Source of the DNA: Octopus vulgaris
Lineage: Eukaryota
Direction of reading: 5' to 3'
DNA length: 64,000 bases
NCBI GenBank assembly: GCA_951406725.2
Contig: OX597820.1
Location: 106,020,001 to 106,084,000 of the forward strand
Made by a program: the position numbers and the translations under genes. The notes under the pieces are model-generated. The model was not told the DNA's origin. It was given only the letters and a program-made list of their open reading frames with translations, and did no database searches. Below, one piece after another: positions 27,941-40,516 of this stretch. How positions within the stretch are numbered: position 1 is the stretch's first letter; each line of letters begins with the position of its first letter.

Positions 27941-29043
27941 GTAAAAAGCATGTTTCTATCATTTTTTTTTGTTTTGTTTTCTGGAGTTTTTGTTTGGTGG
28001 CAGTGGGTGCTATTCATAATTCTTTGTCATCATTTCAATGTGAAATGAGGTAATTCAAGTCTGGAGTAGAACAAACAATATAATCATGAAGTAGCAAAGC
28101 ACAAGCTCGTCTAAGCTAGATGACTGGCAAGCTTCATGGACAAAAGGTGGACCAGTGGCAGTTGTTAAGTGGTTATCCAAGTAATCAGAAGAGACCACTT
28201 GGAAGATCTTGAAGATTATGGGAAAAAGACAAAGAATTTGGGCCCAAATTGAAGGGAAGGGTGCAATTAAGGGAAGAATGGAAGTGTTTTGTGAGTAGTG
28301 ATGTGTAAGGATATCTGGTAGCATGATCAGGAAAAATACAAAGAGAATACAGGAGAAATGGTAATTAATCCTACAAATGTATTATAGTTGTGTTCAATTG
28401 TACATATGTGTGAATGCATATGTCTGTGTGAAGTTTACGTTCTACACTTTCGCACATTGAGCTAAAAATGCTGATGTTTGTCAGTATTCCCTGATAACAA
28501 ATCATCCTTCAACTCTGCATTTTTAAAAATAAGTAGAATAAAAAAAAAACTTCCCTTGCATAATAGTGTATAGAATGTTATGTTAAAAAGCCCCTTGGAT
28601 GAAAAAAGTTGAAGGCTACCTACGTGCTATTATTGTCAGCTTTGAGTTCTACAACTAAAAATGATTTATTTTTTAACTCTCAAATTTTCTAAATTATTAA
28701 AGTATAAACAACATATTATTCTCAAAAATGGATGGAAAAAATTCAAGGGGTTGCTTTGGTATAATGATTGAACAACTGTCATGCTTATAGAAGATGTGGG
28801 TTTGAGCCCCATGGGCAGCCTTTAACTTCTTTTTTTTTTTACATCCAAGAGGTTTTTAATCAGGCATTCTATACCTTATTGACATCTTTATTTACTTCAA
28901 GTTCCACCATTAAAAACAACTTATTCCCCATCTCTCAAAGTTTCTAAATTCTCAAGATATTAACAGCATATATTTTTGTTTAATCAAGAAATCAAACTTG
29001 CCTTTTACTCACTTTCTCTCTTTTACTTTTTCTTTTTATACAG

Positions 29044-29047
29044 GTAA
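29044..29047 (+). CDS. PDLIM: PDZ-LIM protein, coding part of last exon (G + TAA)
   Basis: ~40-nt polypyrimidine tract ending TACAG at 29043. AG|G completes Arg, followed by TAA. Confidence 0.75.
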
Positions 29048-29813
29048 ACACTAAAGAAAGTCTTATATTCTTTTCTTCTGAAAAGAAGAATACCTGTTGA
29101 TTGCTTCTGTTTGTAGAATACTCAACCTCAGCCTACCCCTGACATGTTTGTAAAGAAATAAACCAGTTATGATCCACTATTCCGTTAATACACACATCCT
29201 TTGTATGTGTATGTATCCACCAGAGCAACTGACACAAACTTTGGCTTATATCTCCTCTAACTGCTTAATAACATGTTTTTTCTTTCTTTTTAATTAGCAA
29301 GGATTTGCAATTTACAGATTTGTTCTCATTTGAACTCCTTCCACTATTTCTGGAAATTATTATTTTTTTTATGGACTGTTTTTGGATCAAAATTATATTT
29401 TTTAGGGATTATTTTTGTTGTTGTTGTTGGGATGGTTGGTGGGGATGTTTTCAGATAGCTAAATGTCTGGTGTGTGTTTGTGTATATGCATATGCGAATG
29501 AAGTATGTATGTTAGTATGTTTCTGAATGTGTATGTGTGCATGTGTGTGTGTATATGTGTGTGTATAAATTCTTTGTCTTATAACTTCCTGGCAAAGGTG
29601 TGGTTCATTAAACTAAGGACATGCCTTTCTTATCTGTTTTGTTATATACATACACGCACACACCCTATCCAGACATTCCCCTCCATATCCTAACATTAAA
29701 AGCTCTTTTTTTTTTCTCCAAAGTTATTTGATCTATGCATACATACGCATATTTTATATGCATATATATATTTATATATATAACTGCTTATATGTGTCAA
29801 TGTGTATAGTATA

Positions 29814-29878
<65 letters not shown>

Positions 29879-30067
29879 TGTACGTATGTGTATATGGACA
29901 CACATACATACAAATATTTACATGCTTTTACTATTTATTAATTATGCATGGATAAGACAAATCACAAAGATCTGCACTAAAATGACATCTTTTTTATTAT
30001 GAGTAGTGCTTTTCTAGACCAAATTTGGAATGTATTTAGTGGGGATTAGGGTTAATGAGTACATATG

Positions 30068-30101
<34 letters not shown>

Positions 30102-30385
30102 GTATATGCTATAAGTCATTAAAAGGTACTATATATATAAAACACAGAAAACACAATCTGTATTTATGCTTTGTATAATGTAGACGTTACAGGAGATCAG
30201 CAAAACATAAACTATGTGATCTTAAATGCCCAATTATGTGATAAAAGTAGCCATCCCTCCTCCCTGGCATTATTAGCAAAGAAATACATTAGGAAAATTG
30301 TCTAACCATACTGGTGAAAGGAGTGGAGTGTGGAACATATCTACCAGCCTCATAATATTTGATAACGTTGTTATACCTTCCAGTG

Positions 30386-30452
<67 letters not shown>

Positions 30453-32315
30453 CAATATGTATATGTATTATAAACAGTGTCTGTTATGGGTGAAGTGACA
30501 TTTTTTTTCTTGCTCATTTTCCTTATAATTCACCTTTATCTGAAGGTGTTACAGTGTGCTGGATCTTTCCCCAGTTTTCAAAGCTGTAAGCATGTGAGAG
30601 ACATTTCACCTCCAAATTATATTTCTTGCCATGAGAGTCTACCATGAAGTTTTACAAAATAGTTGCCAACATTATGATGTTCTTGCTAAGTAGAACTGGA
30701 AAAGGTAACTCCTTAATTTACCTGTTTGAAACAGAGTAAACTAAGCCGTTTCGAGTAAAGTGTCTTTTGCCTTAGATGTATTGCAATGCAGTGATGTATC
30801 AATATCAATGACTGGACGCATCAAGGCTTCAGTCAGCAGAGGTAGACTGGTGCTCTATTATCATGGCTAGCTTCACATTCTGTATACAAGTTCAAAATCT
30901 GAATGCAAGTGATTGCACCAGATTAGTAGCAATTTCAGTCATTTATATCATCCACTAGTCAACAGTATCTGATGTGATGTATGACTGTTCAGTCCTCTCT
31001 TATTTGACTATATGACTCACTCCTGTCTGTCTTTCTGCTTGTTGTCTGCTACTAAGTGTAGCTGTTAAGCTTCATTGGTTAATTTTTTGATGATGTCATC
31101 ATACAGTTTGAAAGATCCTACTTTTGTTTGTAAAAATCTTATAATTGGAGAGAAAACAGTCCAGGTTCAAACTGAAGAAGGGTTTTGATACACATTTGTA
31201 AGACGTGACATTCACTTCCATAGAATAAATGGAATAATTATACTAAATCATCAAATGATTGCCAATGAAAAAATTATTTGGGCACATAAATGAGACTTCT
31301 AATATTTCTTGCTCAAAATATCTTCTTCATATTCCAAATTGAAAGAATTCATGTTTTAACTCTCTGAAGTTTAACTTGCTGGCTGGCTGGTTACAGCAGT
31401 TAAAGGAATGTCTGGAGAGTGATGGACATTGATGTGAAGAATGTAGCAGAAGCAAGTCAAAGGGCTCTTCTGTTTTTTTAACAACATATCAGAACAGAGA
31501 TGATGATGATGACGACAATGATGATGATGATGATAATAATAATGATAATAATAATAATAATAATAATAATAATTATTATTATTATTATTATTATTATATT
31601 AACAACAACAAAAACAACAGACAAGAATTCTCCTCTCAACAGAGGTTTATTTGTCTCTCAGTTGCTTAACAGAACACATTGAAGGCCTGGAAACTGGATC
31701 TATGGATTATTGTTGTTTGTGGATAGATTAAAGTTTATTTTTAATTGTTTCCAATATGCTGCAAATTACAGTTTCAGTTGACAGGTTTTTCTTTCTACCA
31801 GAAATCAGAAAAGCTTCCTTAATTCTCACATTTTTACAGATATTTAAAATTTTTTATTTTATCCTAGTCATTTAATTATTTTGCCCCTCTTTGCAATCAT
31901 TAATTATTATAGAATGTTTTTTGTTTGTTTTTATTTTCGTTTTGCTTTGCTTTTTCTTTTGTAATCTATATTGGGGTACACTTCTCTACAAATAAAGTCT
32001 TGCAGTGGATGAAATTGAAGATCTTACTTATCCTCTAAATAAATAAACAACGAAGGCCAGTGGCAAAATTCTTTCAAACACACATATGGACGCATACATG
32101 CAAACATACATACTTAAATACACACACACACACATGTCTACACAAATACATACCCTGCTCATTTATGATTATTGAACAGTGCATTTAGCTTCAGAAATCA
32201 GTATTTTTTCTTTAATTTTCTTTTTCCATCAGAGATATTCTGAAATTCTGTATTTTTTAAGATGAACACATGTGGTTTTGAAAAGTGAAATAAAATATTC
32301 TGCATAATGTTGTTT
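29048..32315 (+). other. Probable long 3'UTR of the PDZ-LIM gene
   Basis: ~3.3 kb with microsatellites but no recognisable SINE/TE, unlike the flanks. AATAAA near 31993, 32038 and 32289, the last followed by a U/GU-rich tract. Confidence 0.6.
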
Positions 32316-32345
32316 TTCTTTGGATTTCTTTTTTTTCCTTTTGTT
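32289..32345 (+). terminator. Polyadenylation signal with downstream U/GU-rich element
   Basis: AATAAA at 32289-32294, then tgttgtttttctttggatttctttttttt; repeats resume shortly after. Confidence 0.55.
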
Positions 32346-32974
32346 CATTTTACATTATTTTGGTGTCACATTTCCAGTCAAAACTACAGGAAGCCACATG
32401 TTTCATTGCACTAAAAGATACAGTGTTTGAAATTATATGAACTGAGCCAACAGAGTAAACTATGTGGTCACATTACTTCCTTGAAACAGCAGCTGAATCT
32501 CCTTAATATCACACACTGCCATCTTATAAGAAGAAGGATCTCTTGGATTGTCTATTCTCAAAGAACTACATCTGATATTGTAATATTGTTCAGTATTGTA
32601 ATATTGTAATCCAAACACCTTTGACCATGAGTGTATAGGCTATGTATCGTACTGAAATACTAATAGTATTTAATTTTTACACTAAAGTCTACTTAGCTTA
32701 CATACCTCACTCAGAGAGATGTTGGACAAATGTATTCACTATAACCTAGGCCAACCAAAGCCTTACAGTGGATTTGGTAGACAAAAACTGAAAGGAGTAT
32801 GCCATATGTGTGTGTGTATAAATATATATATATATCTATATATGTATCTGTCTATCTGCCTATTTATACACACATGTGTGTGTGTGTATGTATATATTTG
32901 TGTGTGTTTGTGTATCCTCTTCACTCTGAATCATAATTGTAAACGGATGTTAGTCATTCATTTCTAGTATTGTC

Positions 32975-33190
32975 ATTCCAGCAGTGTCATTCATTTCCAG
33001 TATTCACTGAAAACATATCTGGCCTTGGTGAAATGTTACCTTGCTGCTTAGAAACAGGTGAAAGTTAGTAACAAGACGAACATTCAGCTGTAGAAAATCT
33101 CCCTTAGTAAACTCCATCTGATCCATGCAAAAATAAAAAAGTGGATAGTAAAATGATGGTGGTGATAATGATGCTGCTGATGACGATGAA
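32975..33190 (+). mobile_element. (GAT)n-tailed repeat family D
   Basis: gaaaacat.tctggcc...ttaccttgct..gaaacaggtg..gctgtagaaaatct..aagtgga..aaatgatg. Copies at ~17425, 24130(-), 25700(-), 35150 and 59525. Confidence 0.75.
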
Positions 33191-33624
33191 TGATAGCTAA
33201 AATTTATTGATAAACCTTCTGCCCACCACTTTAGTGGATATACTCATAGATTTTAGCAGTTGCTGCCTTTGTAAATTAAATAAATTTGCAAGATATATAT
33301 TTCTACTGAGATCAACTTTACCTTTCATCCTTTCAGTTTGATAAAACAAGTACCAGTTGAGCACTGGAGATGATATAATTGTTCTTCCTTTTTCTCCCCC
33401 AAATTTAACTGACCTTGTGCCAAAATTTGTGACCAAATTTAAAAGGTACATAAAACCATTGTAAACGTTTATTACGTTTATACAATCTTACTATGGACAG
33501 TAAAAGAAGGATCAATTTGACAATGCTGCTCTGAGTAGTTTTATACTCTCATCAATATTTCAAATAAATGCTGCTCAGTCATTGCCTCTGTGAGGCTCAG
33601 CACTTGAAGATCATGCTTCATCAC

Positions 33625-34085
33625 CTCTAACGCAGGTTCCCTCCACAGTTAGAGATTGGCCTTTCTTTACACAGCTGTCCTCGACCATATGCATCACATG
33701 ACCATACTGGCACAGTCATCTCTCTTGCACACCACATCTGATGTCTCTTGTGCCTAACCTTTCTCTCAAGATGCTTACACACTGTTGAACACGCACACTG
33801 ATGTTGCACATCCAGCGAAGCATACTGGCTTCATTTCTTTCAAGCCAATGCATGTCCTTGGCTGTCACAGCCCATGTTTCACTGCCATGCAGCATAGCTG
33901 TTTGCACTCAGGCATCAAACAATCTGACTTTCACTCTGAAAGGCCCTTTGTTACCTACAGGGGTAGGGGCTCCCTGAACTTTGCCCATCCTAATCTTATT
34001 CTCACAGCTATGCTCTTGGAGCATCCACCTCCACTACTAACTTGGTCACCGAGATAACAGAAACTATCCACTACCTCTAGCTTGC
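33625..34085 (-). mobile_element. RTE-clade LINE fragment
   Basis: LEVVDSFCYLGD...TAMLHGSETWAV...ERNEASMLRWMC...YGHV. 3' pieces with RPRK.. at ~34655-34810 (+) and ~58690-58855 (-). Confidence 0.85.
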
Positions 34086-34614
34086 CCCATTGGCAGTTGA
34101 TGGATGTGATTGTTTATTTTAAGAATGACATTGTAGAGTAGGTGTGAGAAGACAGATGAAGCTGGTTTGAACATAAAACAGCATAAAACAGATAGAGTAT
34201 TTGGGCTGGATATGTCCAGTTTAATTGCCACAGTGCTAGTTATAAATGCAACAACAGCAGCTTTAAATATAATTTCACAGTGGCAGTTATTGTAGGGTAA
34301 CCAATTACTGAAGAGAATATAAGAATATTTGGAATGGCAACATTCAGTCAAACCCAGTGTTCCTGTCTATAGTAAACTTGACAGACATTTACAATTGTCT
34401 TATGTATCCAGTAAATTCAAGGTGCAGGCATGGCTCTGTGGTCAAGAAGTTTGCTTTCCAACCATATGATATGGGTTCATGCCCACTGTGGGGCATGTTG
34501 GGCAAATGCATTTAACTGTAACCCATGCCGACCAAAATCTCGGTGTAGATTTGGTAGATGGAAACTGAAAGAAGCATAGCATAGCATACCATACATACAT
34601 ATGTATGTACGTAC

Positions 34615-34658
<44 letters not shown>

Positions 34659-36849
34659 GTGGAGGGAATTTGTGAAAGAGAGAGACCCAGAAAGACATGA
34701 GATGAAGTATTGAAGATTGATCTCAAAACACTGAACCTTGTGAAGGAGATGACAAAGGACTGAAATATGTGATGCATTGCTGTACTTGAGGAGACCTGCC
34801 CACCACAAGAGAATTAAGATCCTAAAACCAAGGTGTTGTTTAAAAAGCATTGATGTGGGTGCTGGAGCCACATGAAAAGCACCAAATACACTTTGTGGAG
34901 TACTTGGCATTAGGAAGGGCATCCAACCATAGAAACCAAGCCAAAGCAGACTATAGAACCTGGTGTGGTCCTTGGCCTTACCGGTCCCTGTCAAGCTGTC
35001 CAACTCATGCCAGCATGGAAAGCAGATGTTAAATGTCGATGATGAATGATAATTGATGATTGATGATGATAAGTGTGTGTGTGTGTGTGTGTGCATGCGT
35101 GCGTGCATGTGTGTGTCTCCTCTTCACATTGAATCATAGTTACAAACAAATATTATTCACAGAAAACATGTCTGACCAGGAGGAAATATTACCTTGCTGC
35201 TTAGAAACAGGTAAGGACTAGCAACATTTAGCTGTAGAAAATCTTCCTTAGTAAACTCTATCGGACCCAAGTAAGGATAGAAAAGTGGACATTCAAATGA
35301 TGAAGGTGATGATGAGTGACACATAAAATTTATTGATATTCCCCCCCTCCACCACCAGTAAACTTTAGTGGAAATATTCAAAGTTCACTTAAGTTTAAAC
35401 AACAATAACAGATATGTTAACATATGTATTGTGTTTCAATTCCTGAAAGCTACATAAGACTTGTATTCTTCATTTCCCAAGATAAAGTAGAAATTCTGAG
35501 AAAACTGGGAGAGCTCAGAGACAAAGAGATGGAGACAGAGATAGAAAATATAGACAAAGGACAAAGGGAGCATTTTCTAACTTTTTGTTTAGTAATCACG
35601 GATTTCTTCTCAGAATATAAAATACTCCATTGGTTCTTTATCTAAATTCTATTTTTGGTTTACTGTTAAAATCTAATCCATTAAACTCTCACAAACAACA
35701 TAATTTCTCACTGAAGTAATTTCTGTTTTTGGACACTCTTAATCAGTTTAAAAGTTGTTCTCAGAGTTTTTGTTGTGTTGGTTGTTTTATTTCATTTCCC
35801 TGTTTATTAATAACTGAAAGGAATACTTCCACACCAAAGGGCATCATTTTATCGTAACTGCTCCTATTACACTTAACATTCTTGACTTAATTTACTGCAA
35901 CAGATCTCTCTCTCCCCCCACCCACATACACACAAAATAGATTAGATTTCTACAACACTCATACATACATAATCACACTGACAAACACACACATATATAT
36001 AAGTATATATACAAGTATACACACACTTTGAGGAAAACTCAGGATTTACTTCACAGAAAAGAGAGTATCTGCTTTATGTGATTAACTTAAAACAAACAGT
36101 GTTTCATGGCAAAATTAAATGGTGTGGTACATAATTCACCGTAAATAACTTTAGTTTATCAATCTCAGGAGTGAACCAATGGAAGTGGTTTGAAAGGTCA
36201 GGAGATGTGTATAAATATTGTCAAAGATTAACAATATGGCACATTTTAGAATATGATTAGGGATGTTTTATGATATAAATATTTTTAAAATCCTTTAAAC
36301 AATGCAAGTGACAAGTTAGACAAGGTGATGCCAATGAATCATAACAAGTTGTGCAATGCTTCAATTGTATTTTGGGAAAGATTATCAAATATAAGAAAGA
36401 TTATAAAATATAAAATATAAGCCATGTGTTTAGAGGGATTGTCCAAGGGTTTGGAGAAAAAGTGCTATTGCACTGTGTAACAAAATAAAATTTTTTTTTT
36501 TGTCTTTGGTCATTAAGTGTTTTTTCCTATTTTGCTTTTATCTAGAAATCAAAGGAAATGACTACTATTTCCTTCAAACTTTACTTTTGTGACCTGAACA
36601 TCAATGTTTTGAAACTGACTTATTTTCCACTATATTTCAGACATTCAGTGTTGAGTAGCTGAAGCAGAAATATTGTTATAGTAAATGTTCTGCTCAGTAC
36701 CACAGATTTGCTTGTCAGTTGCTTGACCTTAACCACTTGAGCATGTCCCTTAGTGGATGACAATATGTGCATCATGAGCAGGAGCAATGGAGGTGGGGAT
36801 CATATAACCATATGTTGAGAGGGATTCTTTGAGTTTTGAATAAATGTAA

Positions 36850-37975
36850 CAAAAACAAAGTTTGAAGAAAATATTAGCCATTTTTTATACTTTGTAGGGG
36901 TAAGTAAATAGGAAATAACAGTGGCTACCCAAGGACAAAAATCATATTATACAATGTCATCAACATACTATGCTGGATGTTTTTTACAATTTGATTGGGA
37001 AGTGATGGCCAGCTCTGCCATATCTTACTTACATACACATGCTTTTTATTTTCTGTCAGATGAAATGCCAAACAGGTTGGCTTCATACTCATCAGGAAAT
37101 AGGATAGGCAGTCAGTCATGGATACGAAGGCTTTTCCTGGTGAGTCACTCAACAAAGACTTGGGATGAGGGTGAGCAGAGTAAGAGCTGAAAAGACTCAG
37201 AAACACGAAATAGTTTGGAGAAGCAAGTTAAGGAGGTTGAAATATCCTGTGATCAAACAGCTTCACAGTAGCACTAGTTGAAGCATATGACAAACAGAAG
37301 GACAGTTTGGAGGTTTTGTGAAACAATCTGATGTAGACCAGAGATGCCAGAGGCCAGCTCTGTGGTTGCAGCAAGATTCTAACCAAGATGACAGGCCTGG
37401 AAATATTAGAAGCAAGGAAGACTATTTGGTTGCTAAAAGAGATACTAGACATTAGGTGTCCATATCATGGAGATAAGCTAAAAGTAAGAGGTTTGCCAAT
37501 GTTCTGTGATGAAAGGAACAGAGGTGGGAGGAGTTCTCTATCGTAAGGCTGTGTCAGGAGAAATTAAAATGCTTTTATAAGAAAGTGTATATGAGATGAT
37601 AGATTGCACACTTGTCATTACTGATCATGAGAAGAGGTTTGGGATGTCATATATATGTGACTCACCAGGAAAAGCCTTGGTATCCATGACTGACTGCCTA
37701 TCCTATTTCCTGATGAGTATGAAGCCAACCTGTTTGGCATTTCATCTGACAGAAAATAAAATGCATGAGTATGTAAGTAAGATATGGCAGAGTTGGCCAT
37801 CAGTTACCAATTAAATTGTTAATTAAATTAAATTAAATTGTTAAAACATCCAGCATAGTATGTTGATAACATTGTATAATACAATTTTTGTCCTTGGGTA
37901 GCCACTGTTATTTCCTATTTACTTACCTCTACAAAGTATGAAAAATAGCCAATATTTTCTTCAAACCTTGCTTTC
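36850..37975. repeat. Long inverted repeat (~300-bp arms, 36850-37149 and 37657-37975) around a ~500-bp spacer
   Basis: Direct reverse-complement match; also visible as mirrored ORFs 36921+/37618- and 36925-/37596+. Confidence 0.9.
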
Positions 37976-38321
37976 ATATATATATATCATCATCATCTTC
38001 GTTTAACGTCCTCTTTAAATGATGATGATGATATATATATATATATATGAAAGAAATATATATATAATTTTATAATTATGAGTATAATTAAAATTAGGAT
38101 TCAGCAAAAATTTGCTTTACCACATACCGAAATTTAGAAATAGCAGTTAAAACTAACTATTTCACTACCATAAGAAAATCTCCATAGACAGCACAAACCT
38201 GCGTGAGTTGTTGAGTATTTTTGTATAAGTTTACCGATAATTGTTCTTTTAACATACCACCTACTTGGTAAAATTATTAATTATTAATTAATTAATTAAT
38301 TAATTTTACCCTTTATTATTA

Positions 38322-38405
<84 letters not shown>

Positions 38406-38410
38406 TAGAT

Positions 38411-38462
<52 letters not shown>

Positions 38463-38529
38463 TAGAGAGAGATAGATAAAGATATCATCAGTACATCAAA
38501 AATCTAAAAAAGAAGCACACTCTAAGTTA

Positions 38530-39090
38530 TAGAGCAGTGGAGTATATAAATAAAGATAGATATGGCCGGTCTATGGGGTTGCCCTGGGTTTCACATCCAT
38601 AAAGTGCTTAGCTTTACAGCATTTCTTTAGACCCTAGATCTATGGCCTCTCTAGCAACTGACCTCTCCAGAAAATGGAGGAAGAAAAAACTTTGTTACTC
38701 TATGCCAACAACAAGGGATTGTCTCCCTTTGACTGCTACTCGTAATTGACTGTTAGCAAGTGGATTCCAGGATGCCAGCAGAGTTGGAAGACTTTTGCGC
38801 TGGAGTTAAAGATGTTCCCTGGGTTGAGAAAGTCCTTTAATATCCTTATCAATTCAGCTATATGCAGTTTACAACACTCAGTCTCGTTTATGTAGGGCCT
38901 GGATTTTCTAGGATCTTCCATGATATTACATGTGGAGTTCTGTTGTCTTTCAGCTGCGATATATGGCTGGCTAAGGATGTAGCATACCTCCTTTCTGGAA
39001 TCCTGAAAGAGGATCTGTGGTTAGAGACGCGCTGCTGGACATGTTACCAGAACAGCTGATGTATCTCCATATGAAGGTGCTGGTGATGTT
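38530..39090 (-). mobile_element. Penelope-like GIY-YIG endonuclease fragment
   Basis: Minus strand YISCSG..QQRVSNHRSSFRIPERRYATSLASHISQLKDNRTPHVISWKIL..KSRPY..CCKL..E. Confidence 0.8.
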
Positions 39091-39097
39091 GTTCTGT

Positions 39098-39501
39098 CAA
39101 CTTTCTTGATATTTCTGTTACCATCCACCACTCTTCTCTTATCACCTCCATCCATTATAAACCCAGAAATTCACACACTTATCTCAACTTCTCCTCTTCC
39201 CACCATATCCACACCAAACTCTGTCCCTCTTACTTTCAGTTTCTCTATCTCCACTGTCTCTGTAGTGATCACCATGACTTCGAGACTCAATCCCAACTTA
39301 TGACTTGCCATTTCACCCAATGGAGTGAAGTGGCAAGTCATAAGTTGGGATTGAGTCTCGAAGTCATGGTGATCACTACAGAGACAGTGGAGATAGAGAA
39401 ACTGAAAGTAAGAGGGACAGAGTTTGGTGTGGATATGGTGGGAAGAGGAGAAGTTGAGATAAGTGTGTGAATTTCTGGGTTTATAATGGATGGAGGTGAT
39501 A
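39098..39501. mobile_element. Penelope-like RT thumb fragment duplicated as a near-perfect palindrome (arms 39140-39316 and 39325-39501)
   Basis: Plus frame NFLDISV...TSIHYKPRNSHTYLNFSSSH...QFLYLHCLCSD matches the PLE YxKPT..H..L...S.H thumb motif; the right arm is its reverse complement. Confidence 0.88.
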
Positions 39502-39749
39502 TGGAAACGTCATAATATAACTGACTTTCTAACATTCATTATCTTACATTCATTATGTGGACTGGCAGAAATGTTAGAACATTAGGAAAAAGGCCTTGCT
39601 GTATTTGTTCCTGCTCTCTACATTCTGAGTTCAAATATTGCAGAGATCAAATTCATCCTTCCATAATCAGTTAAATAATGGAATTAAAGGTATCAACCAA
39701 CCCACTTCCCTCAAAATTTCTGGTCTTGTGCTTAAATCAGAAATCCTTA

Positions 39750-40480
39750 TTATCCCAGTGACTTGCCTGCTAACCATGGCAAATTCCTTAAACAAAGAGA
39801 TTTCAAGAGAAAGCATTTAGAGATAGATGGGTAAAAGACTGCAATGTCATACTGAGTGAATTTGCAGTATGATTTGCTTTCGATTTCCTGCCTCCACAAA
39901 AAATCAATTAATGATCGTGGTTCTACAATTATGTAGTTTTGTTTTCTCAGTACTAATTTTGAGATTAATTGCATCTATACGTGTGCTTGCTATTTCCATG
40001 TCACTTTCAGAAGAATTGATTATACTTTGGAGCTGTGGAGAGAACTGGCATTGTGGTCCTAAGAGGTAATACAAAATCTGTGCATGATGAAGCAGTCTAC
40101 ACACTCTTTTAGTTGTCAAAAGGTTTGCTGTAAGATACATTATTTTTACAAAAACAATCAGGGAAATCCACTTTGCAAATCATACACAATAAAGCCAGAA
40201 GTACCCTCTATGGATACAGCAGTGTAAATTAAAAAAGAAATATAGTAACAATAATGAACAAAAATGTTATAAAGGCATGACAGAAGGTAAATTCAAAGAA
40301 ACAATATTGCTGCTATATTCAGGTATATTGAAAAGAAGAATACTACAAAACTACCAAATCACATCTTGGAATTAAAAGATAGTGATAAAGACTTCAATAT
40401 AAGCTAGAAAATACTAGGAAAGTGTAAACCATATAAAAATGGGGTTAAATGATGTGACATCTATGATATTGAGAAGAGTT
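39750..40480. mobile_element. Penelope-like fragments: RT (-, ~39750-40075) next to GIY-YIG (+, ~40140-40480)
   Basis: Minus strand QYDIAVFYPSIS RT motif; plus strand YKGMTEGKFKE..NTTKLPNHILELK..FNIS.KILGKCKPYKNG. Confidence 0.7.
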
Positions 40481-40516
40481 TCAACTTCATCCAATACTCA
40501 CATTTCCAAGGTCATA

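Noticed and set aside
37705-37760. CTGATGAG...GAAA in the IR arm as a hammerhead
   Set aside because: CTGATGA pairs with downstream TCATCTG, spacing to GAAA is wrong, and no stem III or cleavage triplet is present.
38300-38500. Minus-strand CTGATGA downstream of the Penelope endonuclease fragment
   Set aside because: Followed by microsatellite with no stem II/GAAA partner; at best a destroyed hammerhead.
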